Of a DNA stretch of 64,000 bases, positions 47,892-58,804 are shown piece after piece (positions within the stretch are counted from its first letter, which is position 1; each line of letters opens with the position of its first letter). The stretch spans positions 258,979 to 322,978 of the forward strand of contig CANMOU010000003.1 in the NCBI GenBank assembly GCA_947499555.1, read 5' to 3'. A program made the position numbers and the translations under genes. The DNA comes from an uncultured Roseovarius sp. (GTDB lineage Bacteria; Pseudomonadota; Alphaproteobacteria; Rhodobacterales; Rhodobacteraceae). The notes beneath the pieces are model-generated. The model saw nothing but the letters and a program-made list of their open reading frames with translations. It had not been told where the DNA came from and did not search any database.

Positions 47892-48043
47892 ACAAAACCT
47901 CCCGACCTTTTCGACCAAGCCGCCCGTACTACCGCGCGCGACGAAGGCGCAGGCCAAACCTGCCCGAAAGACTTGTGTCGCAAAACTGTGATGTGGTTGA
48001 CTTAAGCAGCGCTATTCAAACTGACTGAGACGGAGCTGAAGAT

Positions 48044-48982
48044 TTGACCAGGTTGCATGCAAAAGATGGGTCTTCTGCCTCTTCCCTTTGTTTTGGATGC
48101 ATGCAGTTTGGCGGCACAGCCGATGCCAGATCCAGCCAGGCCATGTTCGAGGCTTGTCGCAACGCAGGCTTGAACTTTTTTGACACAGCTCACGTCTATA
48201 CAGAAGGGTCGTCCGAGCGGCTTTTGGGCGGCTATGTCAAACAAGACCGCGAAAAGCTGATCATCGCGACCAAAGCTGGCTACACCGGTGGCAGTGGATC
48301 AAACACCATCCTGCAGCAGTTTGACGAAAGCCGGAAAAGGCTGGGCCTCGATATGGTCGACCTTTTGTATCTGCACCGATGGGATCCCGAAACCCCTTTG
48401 CAAGAAACGTTTGAGACCCTGTGTCGGCTACAGGCGGACGGCCATATCCGCTATATCGGCGTGTCCAATTTCGCAGCCTGGCAGGTGATGAAAGCGCAGG
48501 CTGTTGCGGACCAATTGGGAACGCGCATTGACGTGCTTCAACCGATGTATTCGCTTGTGAAGCGTCAAGCCGAGGTAGAGCTTTTCCCGATGGCACTTTC
48601 CGAGGGTTTCTCGGTTGTTCCTTATTCCCCTCTTGGCGGTGGCATGCTGACCGGAAAGTACCTGTCCGGTGGAACCGGGCGTCTGTCCACTGACGCGCGA
48701 TATGCGGCGCGATATGGACAAGCGTGGATGAAAAAAACAACCGAAGACCTGGCTAAACTGGCACGCGAGATGGGTATTGATGCGGCCACCTTGGCCGTTG
48801 CCTGGGCCGCACATCATATTGCCGTAACTGCGCCGATCATTAGCGCGCGCGATGCGCAGCAGCTTCAAACGTCTTTGGATGCCTTGACTTTGTCACTGAG
48901 CGCAGAAGATTACGCCCGCGTAGAAGCTTTGTCTCCGCGACCCGCCCCTGCGACCGACCGGCTGGAGGAAGCGGGCACCTAA
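48044..48982 (+). CDS. Aldo/keto reductase
   Basis: AKR signature (FFDTAHVYTEGSSERLLG, IRYIGVSNF); 312 aa. Confidence 0.85.
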   Translation: MTRLHAKDGSSASSLCFGCMQFGGTADARSSQAMFEACRNAGLNFFDTAHVYTEGSSERLLGGYVKQDREKLIIATKAGYTGGSGSNTILQQFDESRKRLGLDMVDLLYLHRWDPETPLQETFETLCRLQADGHIRYIGVSNFAAWQVMKAQAVADQLGTRIDVLQPMYSLVKRQAEVELFPMALSEGFSVVPYSPLGGGMLTGKYLSGGTGRLSTDARYAARYGQAWMKKTTEDLAKLAREMGIDAATLAVAWAAHHIAVTAPIISARDAQQLQTSLDALTLSLSAEDYARVEALSPRPAPATDRLEEAGT

Positions 48983-49272
48983 GCGGGTCCGGCCTGATGG
49001 TTTTCCCAGTGCTCGCCCATGGCCACGATGCAAGACGTCCCGTTGGCGTAGTTTTGCACAATGACCCAATCGCCGCTTCGTTGCGTGACCCAAACCTCGA
49101 GCATCGTATCGGGGTCGCGCAATCCTGTTCCCTGGCGCTCTGCCCCTAGAACCTCGGTCAATGTTGCGGTCAGACGGGCTGTGTCATCGCAGCTCACATC
49201 CGCGATATTGGCGTGACCCGAATGCGGTAATGCGAAGCAAGCCAAGAGTGAAACGACGCATCGGTTGATCAT
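48979..49272 (-). CDS. Small secreted hypothetical protein
   Basis: Signal peptide MINRCVVSLLACFALPHSGHA; 97 aa with two Cys. Confidence 0.45.
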   Translation of the reverse strand: MINRCVVSLLACFALPHSGHANIADVSCDDTARLTATLTEVLGAERQGTGLRDPDTMLEVWVTQRSGDWVIVQNYANGTSCIVAMGEHWENHQAGPA

Positions 49273-49487
49273 AATTTCAGACTAAATAGCGCGGATGCGA
49301 AATGTAACAGCTATATGACGGCCTGTGGAGAAAGTCTCTTCAGTGATGCAAAGAAAAAGCATCAGCAGTTCTTTTGGCAAAATCCGGCCATTCACAAAAT
49401 TTTTGCACGATTGCCAAGAAACTGATTCAAAACCGTCACCGTCCCGTAGTGTTGGGGCTTTATCGCCTCCACAAACATGGGGGCGAT

Positions 49488-50303
49488 ATGCTGAAGATAA
49501 ACGCGCTGACCAAGCGGTTTGGGGACACGACGGCCGTAGATGCGGCCAACATCTCTGTCGACAAACCAACCATGATCGGAATAATCGGTCGCTCTGGCGC
49601 CGGGAAATCAACACTTCTACGCATGCTCAATCGCCTGAGCGATGCAACGGCGGGCACAATCACATTTGAAGGCGAGGACATCACGGCCTTGCGGGGCGCT
49701 GCAAAGCGCAGCTGGCAAACACGCTGTGCGATGATCTTTCAGCAATTCAATCTTGTGCCCCGCATGGATGTTGTCTCGAACGTGCTGCACGGCACTTTGA
49801 ACAAGCGTTCGACCTTGGCAACGCTGTTTAACCTCTATCCTCAATCGGACATCCACAAAGCGATAGAAATTCTCGATCGCCTGGGCATTGCGGAACAGGC
49901 CCCTAAACGCGCCGAGGCGCTGTCAGGTGGTCAGCAGCAACGCGTCGCCATTGCCCGGGCCCTTATGCAGGATCCCAGGATCATTCTGGCGGATGAACCC
50001 ATTGCCTCTCTCGATCCGATGAATGCGCAGGTTGTGATGCAGTCGTTGCGCGCCATCCATGAAGAGGACGGGCGTACGGTGATTGCCAATCTGCACACGT
50101 TAGATACCGCGAGGCGCTATTGCGGCCGCGTGATCGGCATGCGGGAAGGCCGCATCGTTTTTGACGGGGTTCCCCAGCAGCTTACGACCGGTGTCGCACG
50201 CGACATTTACGGTGCCGGTGGGGATTTCTCGGAAGCCGCCACTTCAACCGAAATCGAAACACTGGACAGACAAGAGGTTCGCGAAGCCGCAGTCATTGCC
50301 TGA
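49488..50303 (+). CDS. phnC: Phosphonate ABC transporter ATP-binding protein
   Basis: Walker [10 protein letters not shown], signature [15 protein letters not shown]. Start at MLKINAL (ATG 49488). Confidence 0.9.
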   Translation: MLKINALTKRFGDTTAVDAANISVDKPTMIGIIGRSGAGKSTLLRMLNRLSDATAGTITFEGEDITALRGAAKRSWQTRCAMIFQQFNLVPRMDVVSNVLHGTLNKRSTLATLFNLYPQSDIHKAIEILDRLGIAEQAPKRAEALSGGQQQRVAIARALMQDPRIILADEPIASLDPMNAQVVMQSLRAIHEEDGRTVIANLHTLDTARRYCGRVIGMREGRIVFDGVPQQLTTGVARDIYGAGGDFSEAATSTEIETLDRQEVREAAVIA

Positions 50304-50396
50304 ACCAGCTGCCACCCGCGTGTTTCGCGGGCCACCTTCATCAACCCCGCCCTTGAATAACCGCTCTGCGGCAGGGCTTTAAAACTGGAGAGAAAG

Positions 50397-51308
50397 ATGA
50401 AAAAGACCCTCGTACTGGCGCTCGCCACTACAACTGCCTTGAGCACGGGCGCCATTGCAGAAGAAATCAAGGAATTCCGTATTGGCATTCTCGGCGGTGA
50501 AAACGCCCAAGATCGCCTGAATTCCTACCAGTGCCTTGCCGATTACACGACCGAAGCCCTGGGGGTTGAGACCAAGCTGTTTGCGCCCGCTGACTACAAC
50601 GGCGTGATCCAGGGCCTGCTTGGCGGCACCATCGATATGGCCTGGCTGGGCGCGTCGTCCTATGCTGCGACCTATCTTCAGGATCCGGACGCGGTTGAAC
50701 CTGTCTTGGTCAAGGTCAATGTAGACGGCTCCATCGGGTACCACTCAATTGGCTTTGCGCGCAAAGAAAGTGGGATCAACTCTCTGGATGACATGGAAGG
50801 GAAAGTCTTCGGCTTTGGCGATCCAAACTCGACGTCGGGCTACCTGATCCCGTCCATCGAGATCCCGCAATACAAAGAGGGCATCACGATGGAATCCGGT
50901 GAGTATTTCGGAGAAGTGAAATTTACCGGTGGCCATGAACAAACAATCGTTGCAGTCAATAATGGCGACATCGACGGTGGTGTGACCTGGGCCGATGGTC
51001 AGGGCAACTGGGAAGATGGGTACAACTCTGGTGCCCTGCGCAAGGCGGTTGATGCGGGACTCGTCGATATGAATGACATGGTTCAGATTTGGAAATCTGC
51101 CGTGATCCCGGAAGGCCCAATCGTTCTGCGTTCTGTCTTGCCTGAAGATGTAAAGGCCACAATGACAGAACTGGTCGATGGCCTTTACGACAAAGACCCC
51201 GATTGTGCATATGGCGTCGCGGCGGGTGACACCCTCGGCTTCCAGCCAGTCACGCATGACACGTATCTTTCTGTGATCGAAGCACGCAAAGCCAAGATTG
51301 GCGGCTAG
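50397..51308 (+). CDS. phnD: Phosphonate ABC transporter substrate-binding protein
   Basis: Signal peptide; the PhnD/SsuA-like fold pattern (YHSIGFARKESGI, GFGDPNSTSGYL). Confidence 0.9.
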   Translation: MKKTLVLALATTTALSTGAIAEEIKEFRIGILGGENAQDRLNSYQCLADYTTEALGVETKLFAPADYNGVIQGLLGGTIDMAWLGASSYAATYLQDPDAVEPVLVKVNVDGSIGYHSIGFARKESGINSLDDMEGKVFGFGDPNSTSGYLIPSIEIPQYKEGITMESGEYFGEVKFTGGHEQTIVAVNNGDIDGGVTWADGQGNWEDGYNSGALRKAVDAGLVDMNDMVQIWKSAVIPEGPIVLRSVLPEDVKATMTELVDGLYDKDPDCAYGVAAGDTLGFQPVTHDTYLSVIEARKAKIGG

Positions 51309-51356
51309 GTGATTTTATGACCTGTCCGGTAGCCCATCGGGGCTGCCGGTAATTCT

Positions 51357-52247
51357 TTGTCCGGGGGCAGAATGGCAGACATATCGCTTGGCGGTGCGCC
51401 GCAAAACGTCGGCAGCATTCAGTCACATTACATGGCTCAGGTGCAGCGAAGCAGGCTTTATGGCGGGCTGACACTTTTGGTTTTCATCGTGCTGATGGTG
51501 TCAGGTTTCAACGTCGCAGATGATCGCAACGCCGGTGGGTTCTGGGACGGTTTGCATCAGATTGGCGACTACCCGGCGGACGTTCTGTCTGAAGCCTGGG
51601 AAAAGCGCACCGATCTTCCCGGTTTGCTGGCCAAATATTTCCCTGCCCTGGTGGAAACGATTAATATAGCAGCGGTCTCAACATTGATTGGCGCGATTGG
51701 CGGCTTGTTTCTGTCTCTCTTGGGAACACGCGGCTTGGCGAAATGGCCACGCCTGATCCCGCTTTTCCGTCGCATCTCGGATGTGATGCGCGCAGTCCCC
51801 GAAATTGTGATTGCTCTGGTTCTCATTTTCGTTCTTGGCGGTGGACCGGTGCCCGCCATGATTGCCATCGCGATCCACACAGCTGGCGCGCTTGGCAAGA
51901 TGTTCTCGGAAGTGGCTGAAAATGCCGATCTGAAACCTGTTGAAGGCCTCACGTCAACAGGGGCCACCTGGTCGCAATGCATGCTTCTGGGGGTCTTGCC
52001 GCAGGTGGCGCCGAATTACGTCAGCTACACGCTTCTGCGGTTTGAGATCAACATTCGCGCCTCGGCGATCCTGGGCTTTGTCGGCGCTGGCGGCCTTGGC
52101 TACGAGCTGCGCAATGCCATGGCCTGGGGGCCGGGACGATTTGATGAGGCGGGGGCGATCTTTATCCTGCTCTTCGGCACCATCGTTTTCTTTGATCAGG
52201 TCTCAAGCCGCTATCGCAACAGATTGACCGAGGGACAAGGCCAATGA
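51357..52247 (+). CDS. phnE: Phosphonate ABC transporter permease
   Basis: PhnE-type permease (6 TM, conserved ...GGLGYELRNAM...). Confidence 0.85.
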   Translation: MSGGRMADISLGGAPQNVGSIQSHYMAQVQRSRLYGGLTLLVFIVLMVSGFNVADDRNAGGFWDGLHQIGDYPADVLSEAWEKRTDLPGLLAKYFPALVETINIAAVSTLIGAIGGLFLSLLGTRGLAKWPRLIPLFRRISDVMRAVPEIVIALVLIFVLGGGPVPAMIAIAIHTAGALGKMFSEVAENADLKPVEGLTSTGATWSQCMLLGVLPQVAPNYVSYTLLRFEINIRASAILGFVGAGGLGYELRNAMAWGPGRFDEAGAIFILLFGTIVFFDQVSSRYRNRLTEGQGQ

Positions 52248-53557
52248 CCGCAACCGATCTTAGTCTCGCGAAGCACGACGCGGTAAGGCTCTTTGAACGC
52301 AAACGTCTCATCGGGTTTGGTATCCCCACGGTGATCCTGATCTATCTTACCTATATCTTCTTCGTCTTTGACTTGCCCGGTCTGGCACAGCGCGCCAACA
52401 TCGAAAACGCGGTCACACTCGCCTCTGATAGCTGGTCGCACAAGATCCACGTCACCCGCGACAACCGCTCAGGCGACGTGACCTATGCTGTCGAAGGCGA
52501 ACGCAAGGGCCGTTATCCCGAAGGTCAGCGCCCCGCGTGGGTTACGGGCCAAGATGTCATCACTATTGATCTGGGCGGCGAACACATCGTGCGCTACCTG
52601 CCGGAAAGCCGCACAGAGATCGAAATCCCGGGCTTTCCCCTGATCCAAGTGCAAGCCGAGGGGCGTAATCTGGTAAACAATTTGCCCGACGACCTTCCTG
52701 ATTGGATTTCGGCCTCCAACCGGCGCATCGGTATCACCACGCCCGAAGGCCGTATCACGCTGACCGGCGCACGGACCGAAGTGTTCAACTACTTCCCCGG
52801 CTGGGAGCTTTTTTGGTTCACGCTCGACAGTCCTTATCACGGGCAAGGCCTGGGCAAGATCCTGTTCGGTGAACGCTTGGACCCAAATCAGAGCAACCTT
52901 ACCGGCGCTCTATCAGACTGGTGGAACAATGCCATGTGGCGTCACAAGGACGTGGCCTGGGCCATTGGCGAGACCATCCTCATGGCCTTCCTTGGCACCA
53001 TGGGCGCAGCCCTGATTGCCCTGCCTCTGGCCTTTCTGGCGGCCAAACGTTTCTCGCCCATCTTGCTGTTGCGCGCCGCGACCCGACGTCTGTTTGATTT
53101 TGTGCGAGGTGTGGATGCGCTGATTTGGACAGTGGTCCTGGCTCGTGCCTTTGGCCCCGGACCGCTCACAGGTGCCCTGGCCATCCTCATCACAGACACC
53201 GGCACCTTCGGCAAGACCTTCTCGGAAGCTTTGGAGAATGTTGACGAGAAGCAGATTGAAGGCGTGGCCTCGACCGGGGCTAAGCCCTTGCAGCGCTATC
53301 GCTTTGGCGTGATCCCGCAGGTCGTGCCGGTGCTTCTGGCGCAGGTTCTCTATTTTCTCGAATCCAACACACGCTCCGCCACGATCATCGGGGCAATCAC
53401 CGGCGGGGGAATTGGCTTGATGTTGACACAAGCTATTCAAACCCAAAAAGACTGGGAAGAGGTCGCTTATTACATCGTCCTGATCGTTGTCATGGTCATG
53501 TTCATGGACTGGGTCTCTGGCTGGCTGCGTGGCAAACTGATCGGGCGCAAAGACTGA
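52244..53557 (+). CDS. phnE: Second phosphonate ABC transporter permease with large N-terminal periplasmic domain
   Basis: The C-terminal half parallels the first PhnE (GGGIGLMLTQAIQ). The N-terminal ~200 aa form an extracytoplasmic domain. Confidence 0.85.
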   Translation: MTATDLSLAKHDAVRLFERKRLIGFGIPTVILIYLTYIFFVFDLPGLAQRANIENAVTLASDSWSHKIHVTRDNRSGDVTYAVEGERKGRYPEGQRPAWVTGQDVITIDLGGEHIVRYLPESRTEIEIPGFPLIQVQAEGRNLVNNLPDDLPDWISASNRRIGITTPEGRITLTGARTEVFNYFPGWELFWFTLDSPYHGQGLGKILFGERLDPNQSNLTGALSDWWNNAMWRHKDVAWAIGETILMAFLGTMGAALIALPLAFLAAKRFSPILLLRAATRRLFDFVRGVDALIWTVVLARAFGPGPLTGALAILITDTGTFGKTFSEALENVDEKQIEGVASTGAKPLQRYRFGVIPQVVPVLLAQVLYFLESNTRSATIIGAITGGGIGLMLTQAIQTQKDWEEVAYYIVLIVVMVMFMDWVSGWLRGKLIGRKD

Positions 53558-54210
53558 TGGCCCGGCTGAAGGCAGATACGCCCTTTATTCATCCCGACTG
53601 TGAGATCGCTGACAGCACATTTGGAGCCTTTGTGGAAATCGGCAAAGGCAGCCGCGTGGCCCTTTCGAATTTCGGCGATTACAGCTATTGCGATCGTTTC
53701 GCCGATATCGCGAATGCGGAGATTGGCAAATTCTCCAACATAGCGGCGTTTTCCCGTATTGGCGCAACAGATCACCCGCTTCACACGGCAGTCTGCCATC
53801 ATTTTCTCTATCGGTCCGATGACTATTGGGATGACGCCGCGCGGGACGAGGCGTTTTTCGATCGTCGTCGCTCTCGAACGGCCTATATCGGCCATGATAC
53901 CTGGATCGGTGCAGGTGCGATGATCAAACCCGAGGTCACGCTGGGCCACGGTGCCGTTGTCGCCGCCGGGGCCATTGTGACCAGAGACGTCGACCCGTAC
54001 ACGATCGTTGCCGGCACGCCAGCAACCCCCCTCCGCCTGCGCCAGCCCCGCGAGATCGCTGAGCGATTGATCTCCTTGGCCTGGTGGGATTGGTCGCATG
54101 ACGCGCTGCGCGCGGCTTTGGCGGATTTCAGGTCACTCGGAGCCGAAGCATTTCTTGAGAAATACGACCGGATGGATTGGTCTTCTACGGCTCCTCAAAT
54201 GTCAGTATGA
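53557..54210 (+). CDS. Hexapeptide-repeat acetyltransferase associated with phosphonate metabolism
   Basis: Left-handed beta-helix repeats (IGHDTWIGAGAMIKPEVTLGHGAVVAAGAIV); co-operonic with phnCDE. Confidence 0.8.
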   Translation: MARLKADTPFIHPDCEIADSTFGAFVEIGKGSRVALSNFGDYSYCDRFADIANAEIGKFSNIAAFSRIGATDHPLHTAVCHHFLYRSDDYWDDAARDEAFFDRRRSRTAYIGHDTWIGAGAMIKPEVTLGHGAVVAAGAIVTRDVDPYTIVAGTPATPLRLRQPREIAERLISLAWWDWSHDALRAALADFRSLGAEAFLEKYDRMDWSSTAPQMSV

Positions 54211-54907
54211 CCCGGTCTCCGGCAAACCAGGTCCGTCCGTATTCAATTGGAGTCTTCGCTTCATCGACATTCACGCCCGTTGATCTGAGCAAAGGGTCAC
54301 CCTCGGACACTTGCAAATGCAGCGCCTGTGTAACTGACGCACGCACCGCAGTGAGACGGGTTGTGGCGCGGGTGTAATCGCTGACACCTGCCATGCGCAG
54401 CGCTTCTGTCACGCTGCTCGTTTCACTCAAGGCACCAGTAAATCCCGGCAGGCGGGTCAGCGGAAACAGGCTTTCAAAAATGGCAATCGGCTGACCGTCA
54501 GACAGGGATAGACCATGATAGGCACAGATCGGGTCACCCTCGTCGACAAGCAACGCTTTGGCTTCACCCCCTGTGGCAGAGCGCTCTTCCACTTGCAGCA
54601 CGCGTTTCTCAGGCTTGCGACCCGCCGCAATCAGGTTCTCATGAAAACGCACCCGTTTTCCGATGGGATAATCCGTTGGAGTTGCCGCGACAAAAACCCC
54701 AGCCCCGCGACGCGTTCGAACCAAACCTTCCTTGACCAATGCAGATAGCCCATGTCGCACCGTGTGTCGGTTGACGCCAAAGCGCTCAGCCAGTGCCGCC
54801 TCTGTCGGCAGCTTGTCTCCGGGCACATAGCGTCCTTCCGCGATATCACTTCTCAGGGCATCGGCAATTGCTCTCCAGATTGGTGTTCTGTGTGGACCGT
54901 CACGCAA
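54185..54907 (-). CDS. phnF: GntR-family (HutC subfamily, UTRA domain) phosphonate-operon repressor
   Basis: N-terminal wHTH (LPTEAALAERFGVNRHTVRHGLSALV) plus a UTRA effector domain. Divergent from phnG. Confidence 0.85.
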   Translation of the reverse strand: MRDGPHRTPIWRAIADALRSDIAEGRYVPGDKLPTEAALAERFGVNRHTVRHGLSALVKEGLVRTRRGAGVFVAATPTDYPIGKRVRFHENLIAAGRKPEKRVLQVEERSATGGEAKALLVDEGDPICAYHGLSLSDGQPIAIFESLFPLTRLPGFTGALSETSSVTEALRMAGVSDYTRATTRLTAVRASVTQALHLQVSEGDPLLRSTGVNVDEAKTPIEYGRTWFAGDRVILTFEEP

Positions 54908-54988
54908 GTTTCACAAATCTCCTCTGTCCAAAGCCGGGAAACATGATAATATAAGTATAGTTGTATAGTAATAGGAAAAGTTGTCGAG

Positions 54989-55444
54989 ATGAAAGACACA
55001 TCCGACGAAAACGCGCCCCGGAAAGCCTGGATGAGCTTACTGGCCAAAGCCCCGGAAGGTCGTATTGCTGCTTTGCTCCATGCGGCAATGGACCCGCCCA
55101 AGTTTACTTGGCTAAGACCCCCCGAAATCGGCAGTGCGATGGTTCGTGCTCGCGCAGGCGGAACCGGGGCGCCCTTTAACTTAGGTGAGGTGACAGTAAC
55201 GCGCTGTGCCCTGACTCTCGAGACGGGCGAGATTGGTCACGCCTACATTCAAGGCCGTAGCAAAGCTGATGCCGAAGCCGCCGCTCTTGTGGATGCGTTG
55301 ATGCAAGGACAGTCATCCGAGACGGTGCGCGCCGCCGTGCTGGCCCCGCTGGAAGGAGAGGCGTCCGCAGCCCGAGCCACCCGCGCCGCCAAGGCCGCTG
55401 CCACCAAAGTGGATTTCTTCACGATGACCCGAGGAGAAGATTGA
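54989..55444 (+). CDS. phnG: C-P lyase system protein PhnG
   Basis: 151 aa; PhnG family; operon position. Confidence 0.9.
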   Translation: MKDTSDENAPRKAWMSLLAKAPEGRIAALLHAAMDPPKFTWLRPPEIGSAMVRARAGGTGAPFNLGEVTVTRCALTLETGEIGHAYIQGRSKADAEAAALVDALMQGQSSETVRAAVLAPLEGEASAARATRAAKAAATKVDFFTMTRGED

Positions 55445-56034
55445 TGGAGGCCGAAGTTCTGTCCGGAGGTTTTGCCGACCCCGCCATTCAATCGGCGCAT
55501 GCCTTCCGCAGTGTGATGGAGGCCATGGCCCGACCCGGCACGCTGCAGCATATCAGTGGCGCAGAACCCCCAGCGCCGCTTTCCAAAGCCGCTGGCGCTG
55601 TTTTGCTGACGCTCTGCGACACAGAAACGGGCGTGTACCTGGCCGGGGAGGCCGATTGCGATGCCGTGCGCGCGTGGCTCGCCTTTCATACCGGCGCGCC
55701 TTTGACCGGGCCATCCCATTGCATGTTTGCCGTCGGGACCTGGGACGCATTGAACCCTTTGTCGGCTTATCCAATTGGCACGTCTGAATACCCGGATCGC
55801 TCTGCAACGCTCATTGTGGAATGTGCCGAGCTTGCCCAATCCGGCGCAACACTCACCGGACCCGGTATCAAGACAAATGTGGCCCTATCAGTACCAGGGA
55901 TCGACGCCTTCCAGAAGAACCGTACCCTCTTTCCTCTGGGCCTGGATTTCATTTTCACTTGTGAGGGTCACCTCGCAGCCCTGCCCAGAACAACCCAAGT
56001 CAGCGCGCCAATTGGCGCGACGGAGGTCTGCTGA
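55441..56034 (+). CDS. phnH: C-P lyase system protein PhnH
   Basis: 197 aa; PhnH family; ATGA overlap with phnG. Confidence 0.9.
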   Translation: MMEAEVLSGGFADPAIQSAHAFRSVMEAMARPGTLQHISGAEPPAPLSKAAGAVLLTLCDTETGVYLAGEADCDAVRAWLAFHTGAPLTGPSHCMFAVGTWDALNPLSAYPIGTSEYPDRSATLIVECAELAQSGATLTGPGIKTNVALSVPGIDAFQKNRTLFPLGLDFIFTCEGHLAALPRTTQVSAPIGATEVC

Positions 56035-57122
56035 TGTATGTCGCGGTGAAAGGGGGCGAGCGCGCCATCGAAAACGCTCATGCCTGGCTGGCCGAGGAAC
56101 GCCGGGGCGACACCTCTGTCGCAGAGCTCAGCATCGCGCAGATCAAAGAGCAGCTAAAACTCGCCGTGGATCGCGTGATGGCGGAAGGTTCGCTTTACGA
56201 TCCGGACCTCGCGGCGCTGGCGATCAAGCAGTCGCGCGGTGATCTGATTGAGGCGATCTTCCTGATCCGGGCCTACCGCACCACGCTGCCTCGGTTTGGC
56301 GCGACCGAGCCTGTTGGGACCAGCACCATGGCCTGTGACCGGCGCATATCCGCAACGTTCAAGGATTTGCCCGGTGGGCAGATATTGGGACCGACATTCG
56401 ACTACACGCATCGTTTGCTGGACTTCAAACTGGCTGCGGATGGCGACGTGCCCGAAGCCCCGACGCGCGAGGTAACCCAGCATGAGGTGCCCCATGTCAC
56501 AGAGTTTCTCAACCGTGAAGGTCTCATCGAAGAAGCGCCACGCGACGACACCCCACCGCCTGATCTGACGCGTGAGCCGTTGGAAATGCCAGCGGACCGG
56601 GCCCTGCGGCTGCAGGCACTGACACGGTCAGATGAAGGTTTCACCCTTGGCCTCGCCTATTCCACACAGCGCGGCTACGCGCGCAACCATGCCTTTGTGG
56701 GTGAACTACGCATCGGCGCCGTGGCGGTCGAGATGGACATCCCAGAGCTGGGCTTTGCCGTCGAGATCGGTGAGATAACAGTGACCGAATGCGAAACTGT
56801 CAATCAGTTCAAGGGCTCCAAAACCGAGCCGCCTCAGTTCACACGCGGCTATGGGTTGGTCTTTGGCCAGAGTGAACGCAAGGCCATTTCAATGGCTCTG
56901 GTCGATCGCGCACTTCGCTGGGAAGAGCTGGGTGAAGACAATGTCGGCGCGCCCGCGCAGGACACTGAATTCGTCCTCTACCATGCCGATAATATTCAGG
57001 CGACCGGGTTTCTCGAACATATCAAGCTGCCGCATTACGTGGATTTTCAGTCAGAGTTGGAACTGGTGCGCAAACTGCGTCGCGAAGCAGGCGCAGATCA
57101 GGTGCCGGAGGCTGCGGAATGA
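56034..57122 (+). CDS. phnI: Alpha-D-ribose 1-methylphosphonate 5-triphosphate synthase subunit PhnI
   Basis: 362 aa; PhnI family; overlaps phnH and phnJ. Confidence 0.9.
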   Translation: MYVAVKGGERAIENAHAWLAEERRGDTSVAELSIAQIKEQLKLAVDRVMAEGSLYDPDLAALAIKQSRGDLIEAIFLIRAYRTTLPRFGATEPVGTSTMACDRRISATFKDLPGGQILGPTFDYTHRLLDFKLAADGDVPEAPTREVTQHEVPHVTEFLNREGLIEEAPRDDTPPPDLTREPLEMPADRALRLQALTRSDEGFTLGLAYSTQRGYARNHAFVGELRIGAVAVEMDIPELGFAVEIGEITVTECETVNQFKGSKTEPPQFTRGYGLVFGQSERKAISMALVDRALRWEELGEDNVGAPAQDTEFVLYHADNIQATGFLEHIKLPHYVDFQSELELVRKLRREAGADQVPEAAE

Positions 57123-57988
57123 CCGACTACAACTTTGCATATCTCGACGAACAGACCAAGCGCATGATCCGTCGCGCGATCCTCAAAGGCCTGGCAATCC
57201 CCGGATATCAAGTGCCCTTCGCTTCACGTGAGATGCCAATGCCCTACGGCTGGGGCACGGGTGGCGTGCAGGTTTCAGCTGCGGTTTTGACGCCGCAAGA
57301 TAAGCTCAAAGTCATCGATCAGGGTGCGGATGACACGACAAATGCGGTGTCCATCCGTACCTTCTTTGAGCGCACGGCCGGGGTTGAGACCACAACCACA
57401 ACCCGAGAGGCCACGGTGATCCAGACCCGCCACCGCATCCCCGAAGAGCCGCTGACTGAGGATCAGATCCTGGTTTATCAGGTGCCCATTCCCGAACCCC
57501 TGCGCTTCCTTGAGCCCCGCGAAAGCGAGACGCGGAAGATGCACAGCCTTGAGGAATACGGGCTGATGCATGTCAAACTCTATGAGGACATCAGCCGCCA
57601 TGGCCATATCGCAACCTCTTATGCTTACCCCGTCAAAGTCGAGGGTCGCTATGTGATGGATCCGTCCCCCATCCCCAAATTCGACAACCCGAAGCTGGGC
57701 GATATGGCCGCAATTCAGCTTTTTGGTGCGGGCCGCGAACAGCGCATTTATGCGCTGCCACCCTATACACAGGTGGTCAGCCTTGATTTCGAAGATCACC
57801 CCTTTGAGGCTTCCAAAGCAGATCAAATCTGCGGACTTTGCGGCGCCACAGACAGCTATCTTGATGAGGTCATTGTCGACGATGCGGGCGGGCGGCTCTT
57901 TTGCTGCTCGGACACGGATTATTGCGCAAGCAGGCGTGCGGCTGGTCACCAAGGCACAGTCTTGCCAACAAGCGAGGCCCTAGCATGA
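57119..57988 (+). CDS. phnJ: C-P lyase core subunit PhnJ
   Basis: Four-Cys cluster CGLCGATDSYLDEV...CCSDTDYC, characteristic of the radical-SAM-like PhnJ. Confidence 0.95.
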   Translation: MTDYNFAYLDEQTKRMIRRAILKGLAIPGYQVPFASREMPMPYGWGTGGVQVSAAVLTPQDKLKVIDQGADDTTNAVSIRTFFERTAGVETTTTTREATVIQTRHRIPEEPLTEDQILVYQVPIPEPLRFLEPRESETRKMHSLEEYGLMHVKLYEDISRHGHIATSYAYPVKVEGRYVMDPSPIPKFDNPKLGDMAAIQLFGAGREQRIYALPPYTQVVSLDFEDHPFEASKADQICGLCGATDSYLDEVIVDDAGGRLFCCSDTDYCASRRAAGHQGTVLPTSEALA

Positions 57989-58755
57989 CAGCTTTGTTAT
58001 CCGTGAAGGACCTGAGCAAACGCTACGGCGCGCATATTGGCTGCGCGGATGTGTCTTTTGATCTCTACCCCGGCGAGGTCATGGGTATTGTCGGGGAAAG
58101 CGGGTCTGGCAAATCCACCTTGCTCAACTGCCTGGCGGGGCATCTGGCGCCCGATGCGGGCCAAGTGGTGTTTGACACGCGCACAGACGGGCCAAAGGAT
58201 ACCGTCACCATGTCGGAACCGGAGCGCCGGATGCTGGGCCGTACCGATTCGGCGTTTGTGCATCAACACGCCCGCGATGGTTTGCGCATGGGGATCAGTG
58301 CCGGGGGCAATGTGGGCGAACGGTTGATGGCCGTGGGCGAACGCCACTACGGCGATATCCGGGGCAAGGCGACAGACTGGCTGGAACGCGTCGAGATCGA
58401 CAGCGCCCGCGTGGATGACCGCCCCACGACCTTTTCCGGTGGCATGCAGCAAAGACTGCAAATCGCGCGCAACCTTGTCACAGGGCCGCGGCTTGTCTTC
58501 ATGGATGAACCGACCGGCGGGCTTGATGTCTCTGTGCAGGCCCGTCTTCTCGATCTGCTTCGAGGACTGGTCCGAGACATGGGGTTGTCGGCGATCATCG
58601 TCACCCATGATCTGGCGGTGGTTCGGTTGCTGGCCGATCGGCTGATGGTGATGAAATCCGGCCGGGTGGTCGAGGCAGGCCTCACAGATCAGGTGCTCGA
58701 TGATCCGCAACATGCGTATAGTCAGTTGCTTGTCAGTTCGGTTCTGCAGGTCTGA
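57985..58755 (+). CDS. phnK: C-P lyase ABC-type ATPase PhnK
   Basis: Walker A GESGSGKST, signature FSGGMQQR; ATGA overlap with phnJ. Confidence 0.9.
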   Translation: MTALLSVKDLSKRYGAHIGCADVSFDLYPGEVMGIVGESGSGKSTLLNCLAGHLAPDAGQVVFDTRTDGPKDTVTMSEPERRMLGRTDSAFVHQHARDGLRMGISAGGNVGERLMAVGERHYGDIRGKATDWLERVEIDSARVDDRPTTFSGGMQQRLQIARNLVTGPRLVFMDEPTGGLDVSVQARLLDLLRGLVRDMGLSAIIVTHDLAVVRLLADRLMVMKSGRVVEAGLTDQVLDDPQHAYSQLLVSSVLQV

Positions 58756-58804
58756 GATGTTTCGCGCGCGAAACATTTTTAAATATTAACAAAGGCTTAA
58801 TATC